A stretch of 64,000 bases of DNA, taken from contig JAYZHR010000025.1 in assembly GCA_036166355.1 (NCBI GenBank), positions 131-64,130 of the forward strand, read 5' to 3'. Source of the stretch: Verrucomicrobiota bacterium. GTDB lineage: Bacteria; Verrucomicrobiota; Verrucomicrobiia; Limisphaerales; UBA1096. Both the position numbers and the translations under genes were made by a program. This document shows, in pieces, positions 46,064 to 54,236 of this stretch (positions are counted from its first letter, which is position 1; every line of letters starts with the position of its first letter). The notes beneath the pieces are model-generated. The model saw only the letters and a program-made list of their open reading frames with translations. It was not told where the DNA came from and searched no databases.

Positions 46064-47272
46064 TTATATGGAATCTTCACTAATATGTTTCGGTGGCTCT
46101 TGTATGTATTTACATAAGGTTTCAAGGAACCTGGCAGCAGGGGCTCCATCAACTATCCGGTGATCGAACGTAAGACTGATTGGTAGAAGATCTTGCCAAT
46201 CAGCTTTGTTGTCGAGCCAAACCATTTTTCGTTTGATACGTCCTATTCCAAGAATAGCGCATTGAGGAGGATTGATAATTGGAGTGAACATGTCTATCCC
46301 CAGTCCCCCGAGGTTGGTTACGGTGAACGTGGCGTTCTGCATCTGGTGCGCTTCCAATTTTCCCTCTAGTGATTGCTTAATCAAATTATCTGAATATTTA
46401 GCCAGTTCAATTAAGGGTAATTTGTCGGCATTTTTAATAACTGGAGTTAGTAGCCCAGAAGGCGTGTCTACTGCGAAAGCGATATGAATTTGGTTTATTA
46501 GAAAAATACCTTCTCCTCTCCATTGGCTATTTATTCTCGGATGATGCTTGAGTGATTCTGCTACTAGCCGAATTAGGATATCATTATAAGTAGGAACAGG
46601 GTCTTCAATCCCAATTGATTGCTTTAAATTTTTTCGAATATTAATGAGCCTGGACGCATCTATTTCACGGTGCAATGTTACTGGAGCGGTTAGATTGGCC
46701 CCTTCTGACATCTGTCTGGCAATGACTTTTCTAATGGGGGACAGAGGTTCTGTTTTTCCACTTAATGAAACGGAGAAAGTCGTTGGTTGAGTCCGTGCGG
46801 CCTCTTGTATGTCCTTCTCGCGAATCCTCCCTGAACGGCCTGTCCCTTCGATTTGGGTCCAGTCGATACCTAGTCTAGAAGCCATATTCATGGCCCGGGG
46901 CGAGATTGTTTTACTAATAGATCTTGTTTTGGTTTCAGTCTTAGTGGGCTTGAGTTGCGCCTGGTTTGCTTGCTTGGGCTCTGTTTTTTGGGTTCTCTGA
47001 AATGCGTTTTTCCATGGCTCTATATCCTCCTTGTCGGCAAGAAAGGCTAGTCGTTGGCCGACTTCAACAGTATCTCCAGGATTTGGCGCGTCTGGGGGAA
47101 GTCGCAGATATCCCGCATCGAATGACTCAATTTCCTGTGATGCTTTTTCTCCTTCTAGAACAAATAACATATCTCCGACTTCAACTTTTTCACCGTCTTC
47201 CTTTAGCCACTCACAGAAGGTGCCTTCTTCCATTGACCAGCCTAGGCGGGGAACTGTTACTTCTGTTGACAT
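46064..47272 (-). CDS. 2-oxoacid dehydrogenase complex E2 component (dihydrolipoamide acyltransferase)
   Basis: Lipoyl domain with VLEGEKASQEIES, an E3/E1-binding segment ISPRAMNMASRLGIDW, and a catalytic domain ending in LTFDHRIVDGAPAARFL. Confidence 0.85.
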   Translation of the reverse strand: MSTEVTVPRLGWSMEEGTFCEWLKEDGEKVEVGDMLFVLEGEKASQEIESFDAGYLRLPPDAPNPGDTVEVGQRLAFLADKEDIEPWKNAFQRTQKTEPKQANQAQLKPTKTETKTRSISKTISPRAMNMASRLGIDWTQIEGTGRSGRIREKDIQEAARTQPTTFSVSLSGKTEPLSPIRKVIARQMSEGANLTAPVTLHREIDASRLINIRKNLKQSIGIEDPVPTYNDILIRLVAESLKHHPRINSQWRGEGIFLINQIHIAFAVDTPSGLLTPVIKNADKLPLIELAKYSDNLIKQSLEGKLEAHQMQNATFTVTNLGGLGIDMFTPIINPPQCAILGIGRIKRKMVWLDNKADWQDLLPISLTFDHRIVDGAPAARFLETLCKYIQEPPKHISEDSI

Positions 47273-47274
47273 GA

Positions 47275-49251
47275 TTATTCGTCCAATAGTTCCCGAATAG
47301 CCGATTCGATGGTATTTGTATTAGGTACGATTGATTGCTCTAGTGTTGGACTATATGGGATTGGAGTGTGTAAACTGTTAAGTCTTTTGATTGGAGCATC
47401 GAGTTGGTCGAAGCCTTCATCGGCTACTCGGGCGGCGATTTCACTGGCTAAGCTACAAGGAGCGAAAGCTTCATCCACAACCAGTAATCTTCCAGTTTTG
47501 GTGACCGACCGAAGTATAGTTTTCATATCCAGCGGAGTTACTGTCCGGGGGTCAATTATCTCAATCGAAATGTTCTCTTCTTCAAGTTTTTCTGCAACTG
47601 ATAAGGCGTGTTGCACCATAAGAGACAGAGCTACAATCGTTATATCCGATCCTTCGCGTGTTACTCGTGCTAAGCCAAAAGGAATTTCGTAATCTTCCTC
47701 AGGAACCATGCCTTTTGTTGCCATTAATTCCCGGTGTTCCAGAAATAGTACGGGATCATTGCAGCGCAAAGCATAATGAAAGAGTCCTTTGGCATCATAT
47801 GGATTTGATGGCACTACTACGTGGATGCCGGGGATATGAGAGTATATAGAATAATAATTTCCGGAATGATGAGTTGCTGCGCTGTGCCCGATTCCTATGC
47901 AGCCGCGGAGAAGAATGGGCATCTTTAGCCGCCCACTACTCATGTATTGCATTTTGGCTATCTGGTTGATGATTTCTCCAAATGAGTCGTTTATGAAGTC
48001 AATGAACATGAAATCAATCACAGGCCGGGTCCCTGTCATGGCTGCTACACATCCTAGTCCCACAAACCCGCGTTCGCATATTGGTGTATCACACAGACGA
48101 GTTGCTCCGTGTTCCTCAAATAATCCAAGAGTGGTGGTGAAATTGCCGCCTCGTTGGCCTATCCCTTCACCCATCACAAAAATGTTGGGATTACGTTTCA
48201 TTTCAAATGCCAAAGCTTCGCGGGTTCCGCCAACAAAGGTTGATTCTCGGGCGCCTGGCTTTGGAGTATTTGGAGCTTCTGAAGTTTGATTTGAGAAAAG
48301 GTAATTAGTGGCAGTTTCGGGGGATGGATAATCGCTTTTACAAGCATTCGTCTGTGCAAGAGATACGTTTTGAACTATTTCATTCTCAATAAATTTGAGT
48401 TCCTTTTCAGTCGTTAGGCCATCATCTATCATCGCTTGTCCAAGCTGCTTTATCGGGCAAAGTTCTTTCCATCTTTCAACCTCTTCCTGGGTGCGATAGG
48501 TAAAGTCATCCATCCCTTCCGCGTGAGCTCGGGTTCTGTAGGTTTTACACTCAATTAGAGTTGCTCCATCACCTTTACGAGCCCTATGAATTGCTTCTCC
48601 AGCAACGCTATGAACATCTTTAGCGTTATTGCCATCTACCTCAAATCCAGCAATCCCGTAAAGCTCTGCGCGCCGCCCGACATGAGGATTGCTACTGGAA
48701 TATTCAAATGCCACCTCGGTTGCGAACTGGTTATTTTCGCAAACAAAAATAACCGGCAATTTCCAGATGCTGGCCATGTTCAGGCCCTCATGAAAAGCGC
48801 CGTTGTTAACCGCGCCGTCGCCGAAAAACGCAACTGCTATGTTTTCCTTTTGCAATAGCTTGAAGCTGTATCCACCTCCACAGGCTTGAAGTATACTGGG
48901 CCCCACGATTCCACTGGTGCCCATCATTCCGATCTCAGGCTGGAATAGGTGCATACTGCCGCCACGCCCTTTTGAGCATCCTGTTTTACGGCCAAATAGT
49001 TCTGCAATTAGTTGTTCAGGCTTCATCCCTTTGGCTATGGCATGTCCATGTCCACGGTGAGTACTGAAAACGACATCCTTATCTTGCAAATGAACGCAGA
49101 CACCCGCGGCAATAGCTTCCTGCCCAATGTAGGTATGGCATGCGCCGTGAACTAGTCCTTGCTGATGTGCTTTGGCAAGCACCAGTTCTGTCTGTCGGAT
49201 TGACTGCATCCGTCGATAGATTTCTAACAATCTTTCCTTTGTAGGCTCCAT
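47275..49251 (-). CDS. 2-oxoacid dehydrogenase E1 component, fused alpha + beta subunits (TPP-dependent)
   Basis: Trimmed to the ATG at 49251 (MEPTKERLLEIYRRMQSIR), 7 nt after the SDR stop. The alpha part (GQEAIAAGV, GDGAVNNGAFHE) is fused to the beta part (IFVMGEGIG, RLCDTPICERGFVGLG) in one 658-aa ORF. Confidence 0.85.
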   Translation of the reverse strand: MEPTKERLLEIYRRMQSIRQTELVLAKAHQQGLVHGACHTYIGQEAIAAGVCVHLQDKDVVFSTHRGHGHAIAKGMKPEQLIAELFGRKTGCSKGRGGSMHLFQPEIGMMGTSGIVGPSILQACGGGYSFKLLQKENIAVAFFGDGAVNNGAFHEGLNMASIWKLPVIFVCENNQFATEVAFEYSSSNPHVGRRAELYGIAGFEVDGNNAKDVHSVAGEAIHRARKGDGATLIECKTYRTRAHAEGMDDFTYRTQEEVERWKELCPIKQLGQAMIDDGLTTEKELKFIENEIVQNVSLAQTNACKSDYPSPETATNYLFSNQTSEAPNTPKPGARESTFVGGTREALAFEMKRNPNIFVMGEGIGQRGGNFTTTLGLFEEHGATRLCDTPICERGFVGLGCVAAMTGTRPVIDFMFIDFINDSFGEIINQIAKMQYMSSGRLKMPILLRGCIGIGHSAATHHSGNYYSIYSHIPGIHVVVPSNPYDAKGLFHYALRCNDPVLFLEHRELMATKGMVPEEDYEIPFGLARVTREGSDITIVALSLMVQHALSVAEKLEEENISIEIIDPRTVTPLDMKTILRSVTKTGRLLVVDEAFAPCSLASEIAARVADEGFDQLDAPIKRLNSLHTPIPYSPTLEQSIVPNTNTIESAIRELLDE

Positions 49252-49258
49252 TCGATTG

Positions 49259-50074
49259 CTATTCGTTAAAAATCTCGCTGCCATGTGATCCCCCTGCATT
49301 TTGTGCCAAGTTGCCTCCATCCATGGGAATAAGGGTTCCGGTGATCCATGATGACGCGTCTGATGCTAAAAAAACAGCGAGTCCTCTAATGTCTTCTGGG
49401 CTTCCAAATCGACCTGAAGGAATGCCAGAAAGAAAACGATCTCGGATTTTGGGGTCGGCATGAATACGTTCTTGAAGTCCATTGTTCATTATTTGTGCTG
49501 GAAGAATAGCATTAACTCGAACACCACGATGAGCCCACTCCGTGCTCAATTCGCGAGTCATTTGAGCTACTGCCCCCATGGCCATGCTATAACCAATATG
49601 GCCTCGGCCTAGTGCCGTAACACTTGCAAGAGATCCTATATTAACAATACTGCCACCACCTTGTTTGAGCATTCGGCGCCCGGCCTCTTGGCAGCAGCAA
49701 AACCGACCAAGAACAATATTTCTCCAAGAGTATTCTATATCCTCAAGTCGAATTTTTTCAGGTTTTTCCCGAATGGCTTCACCCGCAACATTCCCAAGGA
49801 AATCAATACGCCCAAATGAAGTGTCAATATCCTTAAACATTTCTATTATGGATTTTGGATTAGAGATATCACATTTAGATACAAGAGCACGTTGCCCAAA
49901 TGCTTCGACTTCATCAGCAACGAGCTTGGTTCCCTCCTCGTTAATATCGACCAGCACCAAGTCTGCACCTGCTTCCGCAAGTGCTAATGACATTGCCCGT
50001 CCCATGCCGCTTGCGGCACCGGAAACTACGGCTACTTTGCTGCTCAAGTTGAAAAGTGAATTTGTCACTGGCAA
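49259..50074 (-). CDS. short-chain dehydrogenase/reductase (SDR) family oxidoreductase, atypical active-site motif
   Basis: VAVVSGAASGMGRA cofactor motif, GNVAG, and an SDR-length 271 aa. The active-site region reads GYSMAMGAV where classical SDRs have Y-x-x-S-K-x-A-V. Confidence 0.8.
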   Translation of the reverse strand: MPVTNSLFNLSSKVAVVSGAASGMGRAMSLALAEAGADLVLVDINEEGTKLVADEVEAFGQRALVSKCDISNPKSIIEMFKDIDTSFGRIDFLGNVAGEAIREKPEKIRLEDIEYSWRNIVLGRFCCCQEAGRRMLKQGGGSIVNIGSLASVTALGRGHIGYSMAMGAVAQMTRELSTEWAHRGVRVNAILPAQIMNNGLQERIHADPKIRDRFLSGIPSGRFGSPEDIRGLAVFLASDASSWITGTLIPMDGGNLAQNAGGSHGSEIFNE

Positions 50075-50080
50075 GTCAGC

Positions 50081-51832
50081 TTACTCGATGTTTAAAATCT
50101 CGTAAATGAGAGGAATTTGTTTTTGGTAAAAAACCAGTGCAGCTAAGCCAAGATAAAAACCTGAGCAGGATATTAATCCAAGGCGACTTATCCATCCGGG
50201 GCGTAATGGCTTAGGAAGTAGGCGAACATTTGTTCGTAAGAGAAGCAGCGCTACAGTGCCTAGTGCTAGATTATTTAGATTAGCAATAACAAGAATCATG
50301 ATCTTAGGTTTGCTATAAAACAGGAATATAGTTGCGCAAACAAATGTCCATATCATGTAGAGGGCCAGTATAGTGTAGTAAATTTTTTTAACATCATGTG
50401 TTTTCATCCTTTCTCGTACACGTTGGCTCCCCGACCAAATTATATCGGTCCAACGTCGGCATACATCCTCTACTATTGACATTTGACTGGGGAGTAAAAC
50501 CATCAATCCCACTAGAAGTGTGCTAATCCACATTATTTGAGCGAGCGCGGGGGAAAAGCTGGGGGCATTTCGAAGTCCGTCTGCGCTGATGATTGCTTGA
50601 GCCCAATCAAGTCGTTCGGTCTGATGGAACATTTCTGAGTGCGGTGAAAACTGAATTGAGATGAGTGCAGGTAAAGCCATTCCCATGATACATCCAGGCA
50701 TCCATATTAGTAGCTGGTCAGACAGGATATAACGCCACCAGCCTTTCCAGCGTTGGAGGTTTTCATCGCTCAGAGGGAAAGTTTTGCCCACGTGGCTCAG
50801 GGAAATTTTTCTGCCGCCTATTGCGCTTGGGATAGCTCCGACTTGACTCCCCATTCCCCAGCCTTTGTCGCGCACATAATTACTATAGGTAGAATTCCCT
50901 AAGCCGCCTCCACCGGCAAAGCCAGCAAATGCACCTATTAATGCAATTTGCGTAAGTAAAATAACAGGCCAGGTCCCATTTTGACTGCGGTATGAGAATA
51001 CATTGGTAACATTTTCTCCATCCCATCTTCCATCCCCGTCAATATCTTCAAACTTTGTAATATTTCCATAAGCATCCTTTTCTATAATTTTTTCAACATT
51101 ATCAAGTCGGCCGTCTCGGTCAAAGTCCTCCCCAGGGTCAAGTCGGCCGTTACCGTTTTTATCCTCAGCCATTACAACCGGGATAGTCCCGAATTTAAGG
51201 AAACCTCCGAATACGTTTCCCCAGTTTGTTGCGCTAACAAAAAAAATGCCGACAAAGAGGCTGAACCCAAGGACAACAATGACCTTTAAGGTCATGATCT
51301 TCTCTATAGTATTATAAATTTTACCACCAACAAGAATAGGCAGGCTGACAATAGCCAATAATAAGTAGCTTAGGATAATGACCAGTGTTCGGTCTGTTTC
51401 GCCGGCGGGATGACCTAAATATATTGAGGCTAGCACGGCAGCGCCGTGCGTCGATAAACCAGGAATGAACGCTCCAAAATTGAGCAATAAAATAATACAA
51501 ATCCAAAATTTTGGTCCAGGTTTGGCTCTCATGAAGCCAGTAAACACAGGTTCTCCGCAGTAGAGCGCGTAGCGGCCACACTCCATATTATAAAAAACCT
51601 GAAGGACAATTGCTATGCCTGCAATCCACATTAGACCTCCTCCAAAACGTGCTGTAATCTCCGAGCCAAGAAGCCATTCCCCTCCTGCCAGCTGAATGCC
51701 ACACATAACGATTCCCGGCCCTATAAATCCTCTTAGATTTCGCCAACCCAGTGGCTTAGCTTCTGGTAGATCAGCTTTTCCCCATTCAGGAATTCCCATT
51801 TTTTTTGGATCGTTTTCGTTAGAGTCATTCAT
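50081..51832 (-). CDS. polytopic membrane transporter, Nramp-like (APC/LeuT fold) with non-canonical metal-site residues and an Asp-rich loop insertion
   Basis: 583 aa, with about 11-12 predicted TM segments by eye. GFIGPGIVMCGIQLAGGEWLLGSEITARFGGGLMWI...LQVF aligns by eye with the Nramp TM1-TM2 region. It contains the insertion EDKNGNGRLDPGEDFDRDGRLD...DIDGDGRWDGEN. Confidence 0.5.
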   Translation of the reverse strand: MNDSNENDPKKMGIPEWGKADLPEAKPLGWRNLRGFIGPGIVMCGIQLAGGEWLLGSEITARFGGGLMWIAGIAIVLQVFYNMECGRYALYCGEPVFTGFMRAKPGPKFWICIILLLNFGAFIPGLSTHGAAVLASIYLGHPAGETDRTLVIILSYLLLAIVSLPILVGGKIYNTIEKIMTLKVIVVLGFSLFVGIFFVSATNWGNVFGGFLKFGTIPVVMAEDKNGNGRLDPGEDFDRDGRLDNVEKIIEKDAYGNITKFEDIDGDGRWDGENVTNVFSYRSQNGTWPVILLTQIALIGAFAGFAGGGGLGNSTYSNYVRDKGWGMGSQVGAIPSAIGGRKISLSHVGKTFPLSDENLQRWKGWWRYILSDQLLIWMPGCIMGMALPALISIQFSPHSEMFHQTERLDWAQAIISADGLRNAPSFSPALAQIMWISTLLVGLMVLLPSQMSIVEDVCRRWTDIIWSGSQRVRERMKTHDVKKIYYTILALYMIWTFVCATIFLFYSKPKIMILVIANLNNLALGTVALLLLRTNVRLLPKPLRPGWISRLGLISCSGFYLGLAALVFYQKQIPLIYEILNIE

Positions 51833-51841
51833 TTGGTCCGT

Positions 51842-52807
51842 TTATTTAAAAACACCATTTACGATATTGGGTAGCGACTCCTTATTTATAGATTTGAGTA
51901 TCGTCCGTGCGGCTGTTTCGCGCAGTGTAATTGATGCATGTTCACTGGCTGAAGCAATATGAGATCCTAAAATGACATTTTCCATCTTCAGAATAGGATG
52001 ATCTACTGGAATGGGTTCTGGTGAAAACACATCTAGCCCGGTAGCGCTAATTTGGCCCTTATTAAGCGCGCTCGACAGAGCATCTGGATCAACGAGATCT
52101 CCTCGCCCGACATTGATCAGTATCGCGCCCATTTTCATTTTTGAAATCGAAGATTCATTAATCATCCAGCGAGTTTCTTCGGTGGAAGGACAGTGAAGTG
52201 AGATAACGTCACTCTTTGATAACAAGTTATCGATGGGTACCGGTTCACACCCAGCCTGATGAATTACTTTTTCACTAATGACGGGATCAGCGACCATTAT
52301 TTTACTACCAAAACCAATTAGCCGCTTGGCTACAGCTCGACCAATGCGTCCAAAGCCTACAAGTCCAACTGTCATTTTAGATAATGACTGCATTTGGTTA
52401 AGCGGGACGGCCAGCCCCCAATTGTTATTGCAGGTAGCAAGATGGTTTTGAATAAGTCGGCGAGTGGTCGCTAATATTAGGCCAATTGTGTGGTCAGCAA
52501 CTTCGTTTGTGCAGAATTCCGGGACATTGCAGACGGGAATTCCCTTTAAAGCGGCTGCATTAAGATCAACATTATCGTAGCCAATGCCATAACGAACAAT
52601 AATTTTGGCTTGTTCCATTGAGTTCACGACCTGAGCATTGATTGGGGCAAATTGTGTAATCACATAATCTGCATCCCGTACGATTTTAATTAAAGACTCG
52701 GGAGTTTTACACTGGTGTCCAGAAAGCTCACAACCGGTTGGGTTGAGAATATTTTGTTCAATACTAAGATTCGGGAAGGTATAATCGGTGATGACGACTT
52801 TTTGCAT
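51842..52807 (-). CDS. D-isomer-specific 2-hydroxyacid dehydrogenase family protein
   Basis: GLVGFGRIGRAVAKRL NAD-binding motif, plus the catalytic triad context INVGRGDLVD, LDVFSPEP and LGSHIASAS. Confidence 0.85.
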   Translation of the reverse strand: MQKVVITDYTFPNLSIEQNILNPTGCELSGHQCKTPESLIKIVRDADYVITQFAPINAQVVNSMEQAKIIVRYGIGYDNVDLNAAALKGIPVCNVPEFCTNEVADHTIGLILATTRRLIQNHLATCNNNWGLAVPLNQMQSLSKMTVGLVGFGRIGRAVAKRLIGFGSKIMVADPVISEKVIHQAGCEPVPIDNLLSKSDVISLHCPSTEETRWMINESSISKMKMGAILINVGRGDLVDPDALSSALNKGQISATGLDVFSPEPIPVDHPILKMENVILGSHIASASEHASITLRETAARTILKSINKESLPNIVNGVFK

Positions 52808-52831
52808 TGTTACTTTAGCCTTTTATTCAAC

Positions 52832-54235
52832 TTACGCCAGAACCCCATGTATTACATTTCCAGCGACATCCGTCAGACGAAAATCCCGGCCATCGTGAAA
52901 ATAGGTAAGGTGTTCGTGATTCAGCCCTAGTAGGTGTAGAATTGTGGCGTGAAAGTCATGAGTGTGAACTGGGTCGACCACCGATCGGAGGCCATGTTCG
53001 TCCGTGGCTCCGTGAGTGTGCCCTTTCTTTACTCCAGCTCCAGCTAAGAAAGTTGTGAAAGCCCAGTTATGATGTTCTCTCCCTTTATGGTCGGCAGAGC
53101 TATTGAATGGGGTTCTTCCGAACTCTGTTGTCCAAACAACCAAAGTGTCATCCAAAAGTCCTCGAAGTTTCAGGTCTGTGATTAGGCCGTAAATCGGACG
53201 GTCTACCTGTTTGGCTAGGCGTTCATGGTCCATCATGTTTCCGTGAGAATCCCAGTTTCCAGAGGAGCCCGTGTGGATTAATTCGATAAAGCGTACTCCG
53301 CGTTCAACCAAACGCCGCGCGGCAAGGCATTGCCAACCGAAGCCATCAGTTTGATTTCGCTCAAGCCCGTAGAGATGGTGTGTAGAATCGGATTCGCGTG
53401 AGAAATCAAAAGCTTCAGGGACAGCCATCTGCATGCCAAAAGCAGTTTCAAAAGCGCGCATACGAGTTGTCCATTCTTGATTTCCTAAGTTTTTGTCCAA
53501 GTGCCGCTGGTTACGCTTGCGAAGTGCTTCTAATTCAAGTTTCTGTAGATTTTTTGGAACAAGCGGCGAGATATTTGGGACTGGATTTTTACTAGGAATT
53601 ACACGTGTGCCCTGATGGGCTCCTGGCAAGAAATCTGAGCCCCATACCTGTCCACCGGCATAAGGTGATTGTGGAGCAATAACGATAAATGATGGTAGAT
53701 TTTGATTCTCGGTGCCAAGTCCGTAACTCACCCATGCGCCAATGCTTGGACGCGTTACTGTAAAAGATCCGGTGTGCATGCCGAGTGTAGCGTTGTAGTG
53801 GTTTGAGTGGCCTGTATGCATACTGTTTATGAATGCAATATCATCAACACATCGTGCCACTTCTGGGAATAGAGAACTAACCTCTTTGCCGCACTGACCG
53901 TATTGTTTAAATTTCCATTGAGGTGTTTTAAGATAAATGCGTTCGTATCCAGGGCGATTTTGGATTTCCGGGTGGTCTCCCTTGTCGATTTCTTTACCGT
54001 GATCCTTATAGAGTTTTGGCTTGTGATCAAAAGTGTCGAGGTGTGAAACCCCTCCACTCATATTCATGAAAATAACTCTTTTAGCTTTTGGGGTAAAATG
54101 AGTTTTTCTAGTAGAAAGTAGATTTTCCTTATCTGAACCCAATAGATTATCCACTAGCGCAGGCATGATCACTGAACCAGTAACCATTGATTGTAAAAAA
54201 TGTCGTCGACTCGGGTTGTAACGGAAAAAATTCAA
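52832..54235 (-). CDS. DUF1501 domain protein with Tat-type signal
   Basis: SRRHFLQSMVTGSVIMPAL, HFTPKAKRVIFMNMSGGVSHLDTFDHKP, and the C-terminal GRDFRLTDVAGNVIHGVLA. Lies 1 nt after the upstream giant gene. Confidence 0.85.
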   Translation of the reverse strand: MNFFRYNPSRRHFLQSMVTGSVIMPALVDNLLGSDKENLLSTRKTHFTPKAKRVIFMNMSGGVSHLDTFDHKPKLYKDHGKEIDKGDHPEIQNRPGYERIYLKTPQWKFKQYGQCGKEVSSLFPEVARCVDDIAFINSMHTGHSNHYNATLGMHTGSFTVTRPSIGAWVSYGLGTENQNLPSFIVIAPQSPYAGGQVWGSDFLPGAHQGTRVIPSKNPVPNISPLVPKNLQKLELEALRKRNQRHLDKNLGNQEWTTRMRAFETAFGMQMAVPEAFDFSRESDSTHHLYGLERNQTDGFGWQCLAARRLVERGVRFIELIHTGSSGNWDSHGNMMDHERLAKQVDRPIYGLITDLKLRGLLDDTLVVWTTEFGRTPFNSSADHKGREHHNWAFTTFLAGAGVKKGHTHGATDEHGLRSVVDPVHTHDFHATILHLLGLNHEHLTYFHDGRDFRLTDVAGNVIHGVLA

Positions 54236-54236
54236 T

